This document shows positions 57,201 to 64,000 of a DNA stretch of 64,000 nucleotides, one piece after another. The position numbers were made by a program, and so were the translations under genes. The notes beneath the pieces were generated by a model. That model was not told the DNA's origin and did no database searches. It saw only the letters and a list, made by a program, of their open reading frames with translations. The stretch lies in assembly GCF_009914755.1 (NCBI RefSeq), contig NC_060926.1; one strand, 5' to 3'. The first letter of the stretch is position 1, and each line of letters begins with the position of its first letter. The stretch is from the human T2T-CHM13v2.0 reference genome, Homo sapiens.

Positions 57201-59187
57201 AATGTACAAGTCAGACGAGATTTGGGACATATTTTCAGCCTTCTTCAAGAAAAAAATGCCAGCCAAGAATTTCATATCCTGCCAAATTAAGCTTCATCAA
57301 TGAAGGAAAAATAGTCTTTCCCAGAGTAGTAAATTCCAAGGAAATTTAGTACCATTAGACTGTTCCTATGAGAAATGCTCAAAGGAGTTCTAAACATGGA
57401 ATTGAAAGGATACTCACCATGATAAAAGCAAATGCAAATATTATACAAAGCTTACAGATTCTATAAAACAGTTATAAAATTGAGACTAGAAAGCAACTAG
57501 CTAACATTATGACTGGAACAAAATCTTACACATCAATATTAACCTTGAACATAAATGACCTAAATGTTCCATTTAAAGATATAGACTGACAAATTTGATA
57601 AAAACACAGGATCCAACCATCTGCTGCCTAGAAGAGATCGATGGAATGGGTAAAGACACCCACAGACTCAATGGAAAGGGGTGGAAAATGATATATCATA
57701 CAAACAGAAAATAAAAATAAGCAGAAGTATCTATACTTATATGAGATATACCAGACTTTATATCAACAACAGTAAAAAGACAAAGATGGTCATTATAAAG
57801 GGCTCAATTCGACAAAAAGATATGACCATCCTAAATATATATGTGCCCAATGTCAGAGCTTCTAGAGTCATAAAAGAAATACTACTAGACCTACGAAAAG
57901 AGATTGACAGCAGTACAATAATGGTGGGAAACTTTAAAACCCCACTGATGACACAAAACAGATGACTGAGGCAGAAAATTCATAAAGAAACTCTAGACTT
58001 AAATTGGGTTCTAGATCAAACAGATCTGATAGACATTTACAAAATATTCTATTTAACAACAGAGAATATATTTTTTTTCATGCATACATGAAACATTTTC
58101 CAAAATAGATCACATGCTTGGCCATGAAACAAGTCAATAAATTAAAAAATAATAAAAATCATACCAAGTATTTTCTCAAACAACATTGGAATAAAAGTAG
58201 AAATTAATACCAACAGGAACTAGGGAAACGATACAAATACATGGAAACTGAACAACTTGCTCCTGAATGATCTTTTGGTAAACAATGAAATTAAGGCAGA
58301 AATCAATAATTTTTTGAAATAAAGGAAAACAGAGACAACTTATCAAAAGTTTTGGGACACAGCAAAAGCACTGCCAAGAGGGAAGTTAATACTATTAAAT
58401 GTCTATATCGAAAAGATCAAAAGAGCTCAAATTAATAACCTAATATCTCACTGCAAGGAAATGGAAAAAAGAGAACAAACCAAACCCAAAGCTAGCAGAA
58501 GAAAGGAAATAACAAAGATCAGAGTTGAACTAAATAATATTAAGACCAAAACAAAATACAAAAAAAATCAATGAAACAAAAACCTGTTCTTTGAAATGAT
58601 AAACAGAATTGACAGACCACTACATTAGCTAGATTAACCAAGAGAAAAGAGAAGATTGATTCAAATTAGCACAATCAGAAATGATTGTAAAGTTGACTTT
58701 ACAACTGATACCAGAGAAATACAAAAGATCATCAGAGACTACTATAATATCTCTATGTGCACAAACTAGAAAACCTGGAGGAAAGGGGAAAATTCCTGGA
58801 AACATGCAACCTACCAAGATCAAGCCAGGAAAAAACAGAAACCCTGAACAAACCAATAATGACTAATTAGGTTGAATCAGTAATTTAAAATTTCCCATAA
58901 CAAAAAAGCCCAGGACCAAATGGATTCACAGCTAAATTTTATCAGATGTGCAAATAAGAATTGGTACCAATCTTACTGAAACTATTCCATAAAATTGAGG
59001 AGGAGGGATTTTTCTTTAACTCATTCAACAAAAACATTGTCACTCTGATACCGCATCAGATAAGGACACAACAAAGAAATAAAACTATAGGCCAATATCC
59101 CTGATTAGCATAGATCCAAAAATCCTCAATAACACTAGCTACCCAAATCCAATAACACATCAAAAAGATACTACATCACTATCAAGT
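54279..59187 (+). mobile_element. L1PB/L1MA-era element: long GC-rich 5'UTR, ORF1, 5' half of ORF2; 3'-truncated
   Basis: CAAGATAGCTGACTGGAA start; ORF1 remnant KILKAAREK..YKGNPIGLTDDLSAE; ORF2 ATGACTGGA at 57509; stops at the HHDQV-equivalent with no poly(A). Confidence 0.8.
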
Positions 59188-59553
59188 AAACACTATAAAC
59201 CACTCATTAAAGTAGTTTTGTTGAAATGAATGTAATTGGAGAATACTTAAAAGGGGTAGGTAACGTCAAGGGAGAGCATTTTTTTTTTTTTTTTCAGAGT
59301 AAGGGAGAGATAACATGTTTAAATGCTGATAGAAATAATCTAGTAGATAAAAAGTTCTCGACTAAGTGGACAGAGAGAATTGCTGGAACTAAATTTCTGA
59401 AAAAGTAAAAGGGGATAAGACCTAGTACTAATGAGGAATGTTGACTGGGAACCTTGAAAGTCCATTTCAGCAATGAACAAAGGTCAAGATACATGAGTAC
59501 ATGTTTGGGAGGCTTATGGGAATATTATTTTGATTGCTATAGTTTTCTTAGGG

Positions 59554-59734
59554 CAGTGGTTCTAAGACCAGCAGATGTCAGAATTACGTAGATGGCTTGT
59601 TAAGATATAGATTGCTAGGTCTCAACTCCATAGTTTCTAATTTACTATGCCCGGGAATGGGCCAAAGAATTTGCTTTTCTTAAAAGTTCCTAGGTGGTGC
59701 TGTCATTCCAGGAACTATATGCTGAGAACTGCCT
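59554..59734. mobile_element. MER5A (hAT MITE)
   Basis: CAGTGGTTCT..GGCTTGTTAAGATATAGATTGCT..AGAATTTGCTTTTCT..TGAGAACTGCC. Confidence 0.7.
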
Positions 59735-60460
59735 TAGGGGCAATGGGATCAAAGACCTCTGCCAAGGTTAAGACCAGGAGGATTGCTATATTGGATATTT
59801 GAAGAACTATCCAATCCAAATATTTATCCATTATATTTAGATGGAATATTCATCCAAAGGGGATGGTGAAAGGAAAAGGATGACTTCGTGACAGGACTAA
59901 GAACTAAAGTTTTGTGATCAGCAATTTAAAATAAAACCAGGCAACATGCTTCTGTGATTTGTTCCATAATATTTAGCTGCATCAATAGAGAATAGAGGCA
60001 TGGAGTAGAAAGACAGTATTATGATTTAGTCAAGTGAAAGAAATGAAGTAATTGATAAGAAAGAAAAAAGAGGGCATTTTTATAGGGCATGATTACAACT
60101 TTTGACCAATAATTTAAACTGTTCAAGGAAAGGAGTGAGACATAGGTAAGAAGGCTGTGGCAGGGAAAAATAGGATAGTACAAAAAATTAAAAGATGTCT
60201 GGAGACAGTGTACCAAGGGAATAAAGTGGGAAAGTAGTGGCTTGGTAACAGACTTAGAAGTCTGAAATTAAGATGGTAATATAGGGACACATACATTCAC
60301 ACATAGAATATTGGTTACTCACCTATTGTTGTACAAACTGGCCATAGGGATGTTACTGCTTTGTCTAGTTTCTAGTAGATGACATACTTAAATGAATAAA
60401 CATTTAAGTAGATAATTGGTGATCAAGATCATTGTGGAAGAAAGAGTCAAGAAACAGAGA

Positions 60461-60807
<347 letters not shown>

Positions 60808-61757
60808 TTATCATGTAGTTGGATATTGAAATCACCAATAATTACAATAGAAGCTATATTACAGTGAGTTACAATAATTCAGGGACTAAAATATTTATGA
60901 AATATTGAGAAATAAACTGAGGAATAGAAGATAATTACAAGAAGGGTAGTGAGGGATATGTTGAGATTACATGAGATTTAAATCTGGATGTTTATAGAGA
61001 ACAGAGAAAAAGTAAAACTATTCTGGAAGCAACAATAAAGAAAAAAAAGTACCTACTTCTATAAGGCCTACTTTTCACTTTCACATCTTAAACCATATAT
61101 AAAATAGAAGGCATATATTTTTTAAAACTCTACCGCTTGACAGGACTGAATGAAAACATTTCTTAGGGAATGGCTACATTTCAGAGTAAGAAAACAAACA
61201 AAACTCAAAAAATTTAGATTTTAAAAAACAGAGTGAAGAATTTCAGGAGGTAAGTAGGACTGGGAGGTGGGGGTGGGAAAGTATTGTATAGAGCTGTATG
61301 AGGATTAGAATTTTAGGAGGAAAGATTTGCCTAGATGTCATGGGCTTCTTGTGGAGGCTGACATGAATGGCATGGAATCTGACAAAATTAGTATTCATAA
61401 ACCCAACGCAGCCCAGTAGGTCAAATGTTCGAGGGAAAAAGGAAGAAACACAGCATTCTAGGAGTGCTATTTGATTACTCGTGATGGTCACATGAAAATA
61501 TGTAGAAAAGTGAATTTACCTGCTGTGGGCTCTTTATTTATTCCAGTGGAATTTTTTGAAAAAAAAATATTGCCTGGTTTTGGTTGGAAAGGGAGATGCA
61601 AGACATGAGATTTCACTCTCATAAATATCTCCACATTCTTTCCCAAAATTGATTACACCATCTTGATTCATTTTTCTTCCAGTTGGGGGATAATAGTGAA
61701 ATTTTTTGCAGAATATGTTTCATTCATTTCTTTTACATATGTTTCTTTTTTTTGGCA

Positions 61758-64000
<2,243 letters not shown>

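Overview
Primate (human-like) AT-rich genomic DNA, mostly transposable elements. The left end holds the last four coding exons of FSIP2 (+ strand, 3507-12299). They splice in frame to ...EAEDCHSDPSAKILEESSQEQKPEHGNSVKFITIFERSKDVLGSANPSKEVISETPKPDVSKQGSKMLTKMSSALSKVFSQCNTNISRSSSPAHQDEH*, followed by a poly(A) signal at 12341. About 200 bp further on begins a decayed, same-strand, intron-containing duplicate of the FSIP2 3' region (~12540-40416). Its large pseudo-exon is split by MER58, a MER11 LTR, an Alu and a ~23 kb stack of nested L1 and MaLR insertions. Two full-length L1PA2-type elements (20793-26826 minus; 43672-49727 plus) face away from each other 17 kb apart. They have different TSDs yet share the same ORF1 nonsense change and ORF2 frameshift, which suggests gene conversion and an inversion-prone locus. 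The window also contains three twin-primed (5'-inverted) L1 insertions, one carrying a 3' transduction. There is no CRISPR array, tRNA/rRNA gene or intact novel protein-coding system. FSIP2 identity, L1 consensus comparisons and repeat subfamily names come from my recollection, not a database search.
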